DNA of 64,000 bases from Macrostomum hystrix (Eukaryota; Animalia; Platyhelminthes). The position numbers and the translations under genes were made by a program. The notes below the pieces were generated by a model, which was not told where the DNA came from, made no database searches, and saw nothing but the letters and a program-made list of their open reading frames with translations. Of the stretch, positions 12,711-24,400 are shown piece after piece. The stretch is from the NCBI GenBank assembly GCA_950097015.1, contig CATNEN010000025.1, positions 2,790,001 to 2,854,000 of the forward strand, in the 5' to 3' direction. Each line of letters starts with the position of its first letter. Position 1 is the stretch's first letter.

Positions 12711-15700
12711 TTAAGACCGCAGGGTGTCCCGCAGGAATCTGCGCAGGATTTTTCCGCTGGGATTTCTAGGAATGGACTCGGCGAACACTACGCCGCCCTC
12801 CAGCCGTTTGTGCTTGGCGACGCGATCGGCGATGAAGACCTTCACCTCGTCCGCTGACAGGCGGGCGCCCGGACGAGGCACCACGAAGGCGCAGGGCAGT
12901 TCGCCGGCCCGCTCATCCGGCCGGCCGACAATGGCGCAGTCCAGCACGGACGGATGGCCGAGCAGCAGATCCTCCAGCTCCGCAGGAGCAACCTGGCTGC
13001 CCTTCACCTTGATCAGCTCCTTCACTCGATCTACGATTCTGAAATTTCAATTCAAGTCGGTGGAAAACAGGGAGAAAAAGGAGTGGAGGAAAATGATTGG
13101 AGAAAGAGAAGGGGAGAAAACAGGGGGGATAAATAAACAGGGAAGAAAAGGGGAGAAGGATAGGAGAAAAAGGAGAGGAGAAAAGGGGAGGGGAGAAGTT
13201 AAATGGTTTTTCGAAGCGATTCTTTGTTGAATTTGAAGTCAAGCAAAAAAACACGCGCATTGCCTACTTAAAGTAGTTATTCTGGTCGTAGATCGCCACA
13301 TCTCCGGTGTGAAACCAGCCGTCGTCGCGTATGCAGTCGCGAGTGGCTTTCTCATTGTTGAGATAACCAAGCATAACGTGCGGCCCCTTCACCACCAGCT
13401 CGCCCTCCTGATTTGGCCCCACATCCAAGCCGGTGCCGACGTCAATCACTCTGGTGAGCTGGTTGCACACCGGTGCTCCAATCTGGCCCATTGTGTCTGC
13501 CGGCCTCTCGCCAAGCGGCTGTGGCGCGTGGGTGATCGGCGACGTCTCGGTGAGGCCATAGACTGCGGGGGAGGCGAGGCTGCCGATAAGGACTTTACTT
13601 CAGCATACCGGGTGCGCAAAAAGTATCCGGACATAATCTTGTTGGCTTTGCTTTCCGAGAGCTTGACATCCTGACATCTGGTAAACCAGAATTTAAACTC
13701 CCAGATCCTTTCAGCATAATCCCAAATCCTAACAGCATAATCCCAAATCCTAACAGCATAATCCCAAATCCTTCTAGCACAATCCCAAATCCTTCTAGCA
13801 CAATCCCAGATCCTTCTAGCATAATCCCAAATCCTTCTAGCACAATCCCAAATCCTTCTAGCACAATCCCAAATCCTTATAATATAATCCCAGATCCTTC
13901 TAGCACAATCCCAGATCCTTCTAGCACAATCCCAAATCCTTATAATATAATCCCGAATCCTTCTAGTAAAATCCCAAATCCTTTCAGCATAATCCCAAAT
14001 CCTTCTAGCACAATCCACAAATCCTTCTACGAGTAGTATAATCCCAAATCCTTCCAGCATAATCCCGAATCCTTCCAGAACAATCAAATAAAAAGAAAAA
14101 TAATGGCAGGAGAGTGCTGCAGACAATCCTTTGGTGACACTAGATCTGCAGCCAGCGAGAAGGCAATTCTTAATGTGTACATCTGCCGTGAGGTTGGCCC
14201 TAAAGGTCGCAAATTACACGATAAGCCCCCAAGTCTTCTCACTTCTCACTCACTCCAATCCAAAATCCACCCACTCCAATCTAAAATCCCCTCACTCCAA
14301 TCTAAAAACCACTCAATCCTATCTAAAATCCACTCACTCCAATCTAAAATCCACTCACTCCAATCTAAAATCCACTCACTCCAATCTAAAATCCACTCAC
14401 TCCTATCCAAAATCCACTCACTCCAGTCTAAAATACACCCACTCCAATCTAAAATCCACTCACGCCAATCCAAAATCCACCCACTCCAATCTAAAATCCA
14501 CCCACTCCAATCTAAAATCCACCCACTCCAATCTAAAATCCACTCACTCCAATCTAAAATCCACCCACTCCAATCTAAAATCCACTCACTCCAATCTAAA
14601 ATCCACTCACTCCTATCCAAAATCCACCCACTCCAATCTAAAATCCACCCACTCCAATCTAAAATCCACCCACTCCAATCTAAAATCCACCCACTCCAAT
14701 CTAAAATCCACTCACTCCAATCTAAAATCCACTCACTCCAATCTAAAATCCACTCACTCCTATCCAAAATCCACTCACTCCAATCTAAAATCCACCCACT
14801 CCAATCTAAAATCCACTCACTCCAATCTAAAATCCACTCACTCCTATCCAAAATCCACTCACTCCAATCTAAAATCCACTCACTCCTATCCAAAATCCAC
14901 CCACTCCAATCTAAAATCCACCCACTCCAATCTAAAATCCACTCACTCCAATCTAAAATCCACTCACTCCAATCTAAAATCCACTCACTCCAATCTAAAA
15001 TCCACTCACTCCAATCTAAAATCCACTCACTCCAATCTAAAATCCACTCACTCTAATCTAAAATCCACCCACTCCAATCCAAAATCTACTCACTCCAATC
15101 CAAAATCTACTCACTCCAATCTAAAATCTACTCACTCCAATCCAAAATCTACTCACTCCAATCTAAAATCTACTCACTCCAATCCAAAATCTACTCACTC
15201 CAATCTAAAATCCACTCACTCCAATCTAAAATCCACCCACTCCAATCTAAAATCCACTCACTCCAATCTAAAATCCACTCACTCCAATCTAAAATCCACT
15301 CACTCCAATCCAAAATCTACTCACTCCAATCTAAAATCCACTCACTCCAATCCAAAATCTACTCACTCCAATCTAAAATCCACTCACTCCAATCTAAAAT
15401 CCACTCACTCCAATCTAAAATCCACTCACTCCAATCTAAAATACACTCACTCCAATCTAAAATCCACCCACTCCAATATAAAATCCACTCACTCCAATCT
15501 AAAATCCACTCACTCCAATCTAAAATCCACTCACTCCAATCTAAAATCCACTCACTCCAATCTAAAATCCACTCACTCCTATCCAAAATCCACTCACACA
15601 AATATTTCAAACCCATTCTGAATCCAAATCCAAACTCAAATCCATATTTAAATAGCTCACGCTGCTGCAGTTCAACATCAGCTCCGTATCTGGTCTTGAA

Positions 15701-18155
15701 CATGCCCACTAGTCGATGCTGGCTCTCTGGTCCCAGTGGCGCTGCGGCGCTGTAGACCTGCCGCACCGAGGAAAGATTGAAGCGCTCGGACAGCGGATGC
15801 TGCAGCAGAAACAATATCAGAGGCGGCACCAGGTGCATCACGCTGATGCCGTGCTCCTCTATGGCTTTTAGAAAGGTCTCGGGTTCGAATTTGCGCATTA
15901 GCACAGTTGCGCAACCGTTGTACAACGCTTGGCCGGACATCGCCTGCGGTGTCGTTTTTTTAGTGGATTCGGACTTGAAGGTCGGGGGTTCGATTCCCGA
16001 CTCCAAATAAACAATTCGTGTCCTTTAGCAACCCAGAGAAAAAAAATCTGTTTTTGTCCCGTTTCGTATGGTACCAAATAAACGACAAAAAAACAGATTT
16101 TTTACCCGGGAAGACACTGAACTCTGCATTTCTTCAGTTCACCCAGCTGTTAAATGGGTACCAGCAACAGTTAAGGTAATTAAGGGTGCGTTTGGCATCC
16201 ACCTGAACAAATTGCAGCAACTCATACCTGTCCATAGATATGATAGAATGGCAACACGCCCAGATAGGGACCGGACATCACTGACGGCCTGAGGGAGCGA
16301 TTGTACTGCAGCAGGTTGACGCAGATGTTGGTGTGACTGAGCTGCACTCCCTTTGGCAGGCCGGTGGTGCCGCTGCTGTAGGGCAGGATGGCCACCCGCC
16401 CGGCCGCGTCCAGCCGCCAGTCGGCTAGGCTGCGCGGACCGTCGGAGTCGGCTAATAGTTCGTCGAAGTGACGCGCACCAGAAACTGGATGATCAACGAC
16501 GTAGATATCCTTTTGCGGGATTGAAAAGGTTTCGAGGATAGGTTTGGAATGGATGAAATCATGTGGATCGTGTAGATAGAGTTGATAGGTATTGGGTCTC
16601 AGGTGAGTGTAAATTGACGGGTAGAGATTGTGGGTGTAGGGTATGGGGTGTGTGTACATTGAGGGGTAGAGTTTGTGAGTGCTGGGTCTGAAGTGTGTGT
16701 ACATTGAGGGGTAGAGTTTGTGGGTTTAGGGTCTGAAGTGTGTGTACATTGAGGGGTAGAGTTTGTGAGTGCTGGGTCTGAAGTGTGTGTACATTGAGGG
16801 GTAGAGTTTGTGGGTTTAGGGTCTGAAGTGTGTGTACATTGAGGGGTAGAGATTGTGGGTGCTGGGTCTGAAGTGTGTGTACATTGAGGGGTAGAGATTG
16901 TGGGTGCTGGGTCTGAAGTGTGTGTACATTGAGGGGTAGAGATTGTGGGTGCTGGGTCTGAAGTGTGTGTACATTGAGGGGTAGAGATTGTGGGTGGTGG
17001 GTCTGAAGTGTGTGTACATTGAGGGGCAGAATGAGTCACCTTGACGCATCCGGCCTCTTTAGCAGCCTTGGCAGCCGTGTCAAACTTGTCAGCCTGGGTG
17101 ACAACCGCTGTGGCGCCGGAGTGCCTGAGCTGGTAGGCCAGCTCGCTGTGAGTGAAATTCGGGTTGGCCAAAGTCAGTGTGGCTCCGGCAGTCATTGCGC
17201 CGAACTGGGCGATGAGGAACTCCGGGCAGTTGTGCAGAAACAAAGCTAGCACGGCGCCGTCAGCGATGCCGTGCCGAGTCAAGCCAGCCGCGGCATTCAA
17301 CGACAAGTCGCGCAAGTCGGCAAAGGTCAGCACTCGACGGCCGGGATCGGAGGCCGTGACATCGATGAGGGCCGGTCGATTGGCGGCCTCGTCGACCCGG
17401 CCGATGCTTGCTATTTCAGCCGGTGTGAGGTCCGGAACGGGGCTGCGAATGATGCGCTGTTGCCGCTGTTGCTGCTAGTTAAGAAAGGATGTAGTAGAGG
17501 CGTTGGCTGACTAGAAGGACCACTAGTCCCACTATAATAGCTATAGCTAAATCTCATTGGCAAAAGTAGCGTGATTTTTTACTATAAGCAGCCCTACTGC
17601 TCTCTGATTGGCTATCATTTGCCCAACTGCTCGTCTCATTTACTATCAGTAGCCTCACTGCTCTCTCATTGGCTATCAGTAGCCTCACTGCTCTCTCATT
17701 GGCTATCAGTAACCTCACTGCTCTCTCATTGGCCATCAGTAGCCTCACTGCTCTCTCATTTACTATCAGTAGCCCGATTGCTCTCTCATTGGCTATCAGT
17801 AGCCTCACTGCTCTCTCATTGGCTATCAGTAGCCTCACTGCTCTCTCATTGGCTATCAGTAACCTCACTGCTCTCTCATTGGCTATCAGTAGCCTCACTG
17901 CTCTCTCATTGGCTATCAGTAGCCTCACTGCTCTCTCATTGGCTATCAGTAGCCTCACTGCTCTCTCATTGGCTATCAGTAGCCTCACTGCTCTCTCATT
18001 GGCTATAAACCCAGAGTTTGGCAGCTCGAACTAACCTCCTCCGGTCTCTGATGCTGATGATGCCTGCTGCCGCCACCGCCAGAGCATAAATACCTTCGAG
18101 ATAGTCTACGGCACAGCGAAGCCGCGCCGCCAACCAATGAGACTCGAGCGGACAT
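12711..18155 (-). CDS. 4-coumarate-CoA ligase / firefly-luciferase-like acyl-CoA synthetase (ANL superfamily), 6 exons, 580 aa
   Basis: Exons 18155-18036, 17474-17040, 16509-16228, 15943-15661, 13562-13268 and 13038-12711; all GT-AG, phases 0,0,0,1,2; 1743 nt with no internal stop. Motifs: PYSSGTTGLPKGV (AMP-binding), LPFYHIYG, LYGLTETSP, GWFHTGD, IVDRVKELIKVKG, VAPAELE, PRNPSGKILRR. Confidence 0.92.
13712..14080. repeat. 21 bp intronic minisatellite (CATAATCCCAAATCCTTCTAG)
   Basis: Tandem copies in intron 4 of the acyl-CoA synthetase gene. Confidence 0.93.
14103..14232 (-). mobile_element. SINE family 1, degraded fragment
   Basis: Shares TTTGGTGACACTAG, GTGTACATCTGCC and GAGGTTGGCCCT..AAATT.CACGA.AAGCCCCC with the full copy at 53401-53733. 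Confidence 0.75.
14248..15598. repeat. 21 bp intronic minisatellite (ACTCCAATCTAAAATCCACTC), ~64 copies
   Basis: Direct tandem copies; 7-aa periodic ORFs in the track. Confidence 0.96.
15961..16200 (+). mobile_element. SINE family 2 (tRNA-derived head plus CORE-like body)
   Basis: B-box GGTTCGATTCC; body ACTCTGCATTTCTTCAGTTCACCCAGCTGTTAAATGGGTACC shared with 32290-32528. Confidence 0.75.
16605..17025. repeat. 45 bp intronic minisatellite
   Basis: About 9 copies (15-aa periodicity TISTPQCTHTSDPAP) starting ~15 nt after the exon-2 donor. Confidence 0.93.
17590..18005. repeat. 30 bp intronic minisatellite (GGCTATCAGTAGCCTCACTGCTCTCTCATT)
   Basis: About 14 tandem copies in intron 1. Confidence 0.94.
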
Positions 18156-18224
18156 GCTTATCTCTGAATTATGCGTGTTAACATAAATAAACTGCTGATT
18201 GCGGTGAAATTAGCAAAGATTAGT

Positions 18225-18450
18225 AGCTTAGTATTTACAGCTTCGGACTCCTAACCGAAGAGGTCCAGAGTTCGAATCTGAGAGCACGGAAATAGTTTGC
18301 TACCTTAAACTAGGCACTTAACTCTCTAGCGCCAATTGCAAAATGAGTTTCCATAATTAACTATTTCCATTGGGGTTAAAATTTGCTAAGGGTGTGGTAG
18401 CTCTGCCCAGTCCATGGACAGAACAGTTGCAATAGTAGCTGCAGTTGCCT
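18225..18450 (+). mobile_element. SINE family 2, diverged copy
   Basis: tRNA-like head (GTAGCTTAGT...GAGTTCGAATC), GGCACTTAACTCT, and CCCAGTCCATGGAC 3' motif. Confidence 0.6.
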
Positions 18451-18729
18451 AATTGGGCTAGGTGTCATTTGTAACAAAAAAAACTAAGAATGAAGAACAT
18501 TACTGTGAAGTCATTAGAGAAATAGAAAAAAGTGTTCTATAAGTGTTAAACGTCTTTAACCAACTGCAGAAAAAATAGAAGTACAAGCAAAAAATACTTC
18601 TAAGGCCTGGAATAAAAACTATGTAAGATAGGAGAAAAAACATAGGATTTCAGTTGGAATCGATAAATAGCTTAGGAATATGAATACGCTAGTCATTTGG
18701 CAATTAAGAATTTTAGCAACTTGATGACA

Positions 18730-20615
18730 TTTTCAGCAATTAGGGATTTTCAGCAACTCGGGATTTTCAGCAATTAGGGATTTTCAGCAAATAGGGATTT
18801 TCAGCAACAAGGAATTTTCAGCAATTAGGGATTTTCAGCAACTAGAGATTTTCAGCAATCCGGGATTTTCAGCAACTAGAGATTTTCAGCTATCCGGGAT
18901 TTTCAGCAACTAGAGATTTTCAGCAATCCGGGATTTTCAGCAACTAGGGATTTTCAGCAATCCGGGATTTTCAGAAACTAGGGATTTTCAGCAATCCGGG
19001 ATTTTCAGCAACTAGGGATTTTCAGCAACAAGGAATTTTCAGCAACTCGGGATTTTCAGCAACTCGGGATTTTAGCAATTATGGATTTTCAGCAAATAGG
19101 GATTTTCAGCAACAAGGAATTTTCAGCAATTAGGTATTTTCAGCAACTAGGGATTTTAAGTAACTCGGGATTTTCAGCAATTAGGGATTTCCAACAATTA
19201 GAGATTTTCAGCAACAATGAATTTTCAGCAATCCGGGATTTTCAGCAACTAGGGATTTTCAGCAATCCGGGATTTTCAGCAACTAGGGATTTTAAGTAAC
19301 TCGGGATTTTCAGCAATTAGGGATTTCCAACAATTATAGATTTTCAGCAACAAGGAATTTTCAGCAATCCGGGATTTTCAGCAACTAGGGATTTTCAGCA
19401 ATCCGGGATTTTCAGAAACTAGGGATTTTCAGCAATCCAGGATTTTCAGCAACTAGAGATTTTCAGCAATTAGGGATTTTCAGCAACTCGGGATTTTCAG
19501 CAATTAGGGATTTTCAGCAAATAGGGATTTTCAGCAACAAGGAATTTTCAGCAATTAGGGATTTTCAGCAACTAGAGATTTTCAGCAATCCGGGATTTTC
19601 AGCAACTAGAGATTTTCAGCTATCCGGGATTTTCAGCAACTAGAGATTTTCAGCAATCCGGGATTTTCAGCAACTAGGGATTTTCAGCAATCCGGGATTT
19701 TCAGAAACTAGGGATTTTCAGCAATCCGGGATTTTCAGAAACTAGGGATTTTCAGCAATCCGGGATTTTCAGCAACTAGGGATTTTCAGCAAATAGGGAT
19801 TTTCAGCAACTAGGGATTTTAAGTAACTCGGGATTTTCAGCAATTAGGGATTTCCAACAATTATAGATTTTCAGCAACAAGGAATTTTCAGCAATCCGGG
19901 ATTTTCAGCAACTAGGGATTTTCAGCAATCCGGGATTTTCAGAAACTAGGGATTTTCAGCAATCCGGGATTTTCAGCAACTAGGGATTTTCAGCAATCCG
20001 GGATTTTCAGCAACTAGGGATTTTCAGCAACTAGGGATTTTCAGCAACTAGGGATTTTCAGCAACTAGAGATTTTCAGAAACTAGGAATTTTCAGAAACT
20101 AGAGATTTTCAGCAATCCGGGATTTTCAGCAACTAGGGATTTTCAGAAACTAGAGATTTTCAGCAATCCGGGATTTTCAGAAACTAGGGATTTTCAGAAA
20201 CTAGGGATTTTCAGCAACTAGAGATTTTCAGAAACTAGGGATTTTCAGAAACTAGGGATTTTCAGCAATCCGGGATTTTCAGCAACTAGGGATTTTCAGA
20301 AACTAGAGATTTTCAGTAATCCGGGATTTTCAGAAACTAGGGATTTTCAGCAATCCGGGATTTTCAGCAACTAGGGATTTTCAGCAACTAGGGATTTTCA
20401 GCAACTAGAGATTTTCAGAAACTAAGGATTTTCAGAAACTAGAGATTTTCAGAAACTAAGGATTTTCAGAAACTAGAGATTTTCAGAAACTAGAGATTTT
20501 CAGCAACTAGGGATTTTCAGAAACTAGAGATTTTCAGCAACTAGGGATTTTCAGCAACTAGAGATTTTCAGCAACTAGGGATTTTCAGTTACTCGGGATT
20601 TTCAGCAACTAGGGA
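18730..20615. repeat. 17 bp minisatellite (GGGATTTTCAGCAACTA), ~110 copies
   Basis: Direct tandem copies between the acyl-CoA synthetase and RdRP genes. Confidence 0.96.
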
Positions 20616-21419
20616 TCTTAACCAATTATTCATCTACATAAGATTTTAGCAATGAGGGATTTAGGCAAATAAATACTTATTTGAAAAATTGCATTTTTTA
20701 TTTCGATAAATTGGGATTTTGTTACTTAGTGTATTTTAAAGCTGGGACTGGGATGTAGTGCAGCATAGTGCAGGGTTACATGGAAAGCTTTGTCTTCAAT
20801 TATATACCTTAAGGTATAAGATGCACTTTAAAATTTTAAGCGGAAAAAAAACTGAAAAAATGTTTACAAGAAAGGGTTAGCTTGGCTGCATTAAAAATGC
20901 TAAAACTCTTAAAACAGAGGGGCGCTTAAAAATAGATATTTTTAATCTAAAACAGTTAATAAAAAATTATTGGAGTTGTCACTGAATAAAACAGACAAAA
21001 ACAAAAACATTATGAATAATCGTGCACAAAACGGTAAAACTTTGGCAAACAGACAAATCACCAGCTAATTACAGTGACCTTGTTACTGTGCTCGTTGTCT
21101 GCCGAAATACCGATTCTGTCATTACGAGGTGCATTCAAAAAGTTCTTTTCGGTGCTCAGCAAAAATTAACAAAAAACGTATGGAACTTCATCAAGCTCCG
21201 AACGTCTTGCTTTGAAAAAGATTCTGCCATGGCCAAGAAATAGAAGGGTAGCTTAAAAAATTGCTTGTAGCTCAGACACAGTCACCAGCTAAGGCTTAAA
21301 AACTCAGGAAGGTTTAGGCCATAAACTTAACTTGCAGCATTCGAAAAAATTTTGATCTGTGTGTCATTTACAAAACAATGCCAAAGGACCGAAAAGAACT
21401 TTTTGAATGCACCTCGTAG

Positions 21420-24400
21420 CTAGAATTGTCCACCAGCTTGTCCACCGCCTCTAGGGACATTGTGTCCACCAGCTTGTCCGCCGCCTCTAGGGACATTGTG
21501 TCCACCAGCTTGTCCGCCGCCTCTAGGGACATTGTGTCCACCAGCTTGTCCGCCGCCTCTAGGGACATTGTGTCCACCGTCTTGTCCACCGCCTCTAGGG
21601 ACATTGTGTCCACCAGCTTGTCCGCCGCCTCTAGGGACATTGTGTCCACCAGCTTGTCCGCCGCCTCTAGGGACATTGTGTCCACCAGCTTGTCCGCCGC
21701 CTCTAGGGACATTGTGTCCACCAGCTTGTCCGCCGCCTCTAGGGACATTGTGTCCACCAGCTTGTCCGCCGCCTCTAGGGACATTGTGTCCACCAGCTTT
21801 TCCACCGCCTCTAGGGACATTGTGTCCACCAGCTTGTCCACCGCCTCTAGGGACATTGTGTCCACCAGCTTGTCCACCGCCACTAGGGACATTGTGTCCA
21901 CCGTCTTGTCCACCTCCACTAGGGACATTGTGTCCACCGTCTTGTCCACTGTCTGTAGGGACATTGTGTCCACCGCATTGTCCGCCACCTCTAGGGACAT
22001 TGTGTCCTCTGTATTGTCCACTGCCTCTAGGGACGTTGTGTCCTCTGTATTGTCTGCCGCCCCTAGGGGCATTTTGTCCACCAGCTTGTCCACCGCCTCT
22101 AGAGACATTGAGTCCATCGTATTGTCCACCATCTCTGCCAGGCTGTCTGCTATGCCGATTCTGTTCTCGTGCTTGAAATTTTCTACGAAGTCCGCCGCTT
22201 TCACGCTGTGAGGCGTTGCCATAGCAACCGCTACTACGCAGAGTTGATCCTTGGCATAACCCACTGCCCTCAGTCAGCAGCGGAATTTGACTGTCAGGAA
22301 CCTCGTTAGCCTGGGCCAGCCAATCCCGCCAAATCTCAGACCCGCCAGTCAGCACTTCCCGGTCGCCAATGACAACAAGACGCTGTCGGGCTCTAGTCAG
22401 CATTACGGCTAGCTGATTGGGCAGCGCCGAGACGACTGCAGCATCAGCGGCATCAATAACAATGGACTGAGCTTCGCAGCCACGAAATTCTTCGATAGTG
22501 ACAACTTCAACGCAGTCAAATTGAGCCTCGCGAAGCCGCAACTGCAGCATTTGAGCTCGCTTTGGACATAGCATCAAGACAACAGCCAGTTCAGACTGCT
22601 GTCCACCTACCAGACAGGACAGGATTCGTACCAGTAGCTTGAAATAAAAATGGTTATCTTCGACTGCGACGCAAAGTTGTTTGCAGTTGACGAAACAAAC
22701 AGTTGGCAGGATGGCAAGGCTTCCAGCAATTGGTACAGCGACTCGGTCGGATAGTTGCGTCATCGTTTCTCGAAAAAAATGTTGATTAGGAAATCGCGCC
22801 AGTTCCCGCCGCATTCGATGCTGAACAGTCAACTGGAGTAGTCGAGGACCTGGTGCGTCTCGAAGACTATCGCCAAGCCGACGGATCAAGGAGTCGCTGG
22901 CTGAATACTGCGGATCTCCTAGGAGAACGAGGCGTTGAGAACAGTGCGCCAGAGCGCACAGAGTCACATACTCCGGGATGTTCCCCGTGTCGTCGATCAG
23001 TACGAGAGGAAACGAAAGTCCACTAGCGTCCAGTGCGTCGCTGCCAGACAGAACAACATCCGCCGATTCAAGGAGCCTCCGGCTCAGCCGATCTTCATCA
23101 ACGCCGCGTTCACTAGATTTTTCTTTGAATTCTTCGTCTTCAAGTTGACATCGGCAAAGCTGGGCGTCGAGTGTCAAATCGTCGACGTCTGCGGCGGCCG
23201 GGCGGCGGCGTCCGGCAAGGCGAAGCAGCAGAAGATGCGGAGCCGCCAGCCGCAGCCGACGGGTGAGGCTGTCCAGAGCTGCCTGGGAATCGACACAGAC
23301 GAGAATCGGCAGCAGCGATGGCTGGGCAGATGCCGCACGGACAATGCTGATGACCAGGCTTGACTTTCCCGTGCCCGGAGGTCCGTGGATTAGCGTTAGT
23401 CCAGGCGCTGGCGAGTCGCTAAGGACGGCTGTCTGAGCGGCACGCTGTTGAGCGTCCAAGAACTGCTCGTTTGCATCCGCATCGAACGATGAAGCAGAGC
23501 TGATTTTCTCCTACAATGTTTTTAATTTGTAATTTTTCAAATAAAAAAATCTGTTTTCTTTTTCCATCGGGTTTACAAGCGGAGGGAAAGCAAATTGGCC
23601 TCTCGCACCAAGGTCCCTGAGCTCGATTCCACGGCGATGCCTGGGCCGTAGTGAGAGTGTACACTGCCTGAGGATGAGAAAGTCAGGGCAGATCATGTAC
23701 ACATATGCGTGAGAGTGTGAGAGTGTGCATATATAAGAGAAAAATATATGCACAAAAAGATAAATGGCAATGACACCCAATAACCCATTTGGGCCAGATG
23801 TACTGGACTGGAAGCAAACAAAGACTTATTTCTAATAAGCCCTAAAGAAAACTCACCTTGGCTAGTTCGCCTGCTTGCGTCAGCCACTGGGTCACGTGAC
23901 CGGTGCCAGGATAACGACCTAGCGGGCTGTCTTTCTGATGGCCCTCCGGATCAGCCAGCAGATTCAGCGTCTGCTTCAGCTGGCTGTCGCCTTCGCCGTC
24001 CTCGGCTACGGCGAGGCATCGCCTTAGTGCATCGCACACTCGCCTGTAGGCCTCGACGCGGCCCGGACGCCAGCTGATGCGCCAGCTGATGCTCCGACTG
24101 TGGAAACAATTCGGCAACGTCGAGTCGACGGCTAAGCCGCGCGAATTCAAAACCCGAAGGTGAACGGCGAATCGGTTGTCCAGTCGACGACAGGCGACAA
24201 CCTGAGCCAGGAAGCCGGGAGCCGTCGACTGCAGAGTCGACATGGACACAGTCTGGCCAGATCGCGGACAGTTGAAGTCCTGCGACAACGATGCCGACTC
24301 GCACGACAACCAAAACTCGGATGCAGACGACGATGCTCTTTCATCGGCATCTCCTAGATCTTCGACGTCGCCACTGCCATCAACAATGGACAAGTCCAAG

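Noticed and set aside
13446-15621. Long periodic ORFs (LQSKIHS, STHSNLK, WILDWSE, WDYARRI)
   Set aside because: Translations of 21-bp intronic arrays between well-defined splice sites of the acyl-CoA synthetase gene.
21368-22264. 298-aa ORF ([12 protein letters not shown] repeats) and antisense ORFs over the 39-bp array
   Set aside because: Alternative frames of the repeat; the Gly/Arg frame is the one continuous with the helicase.
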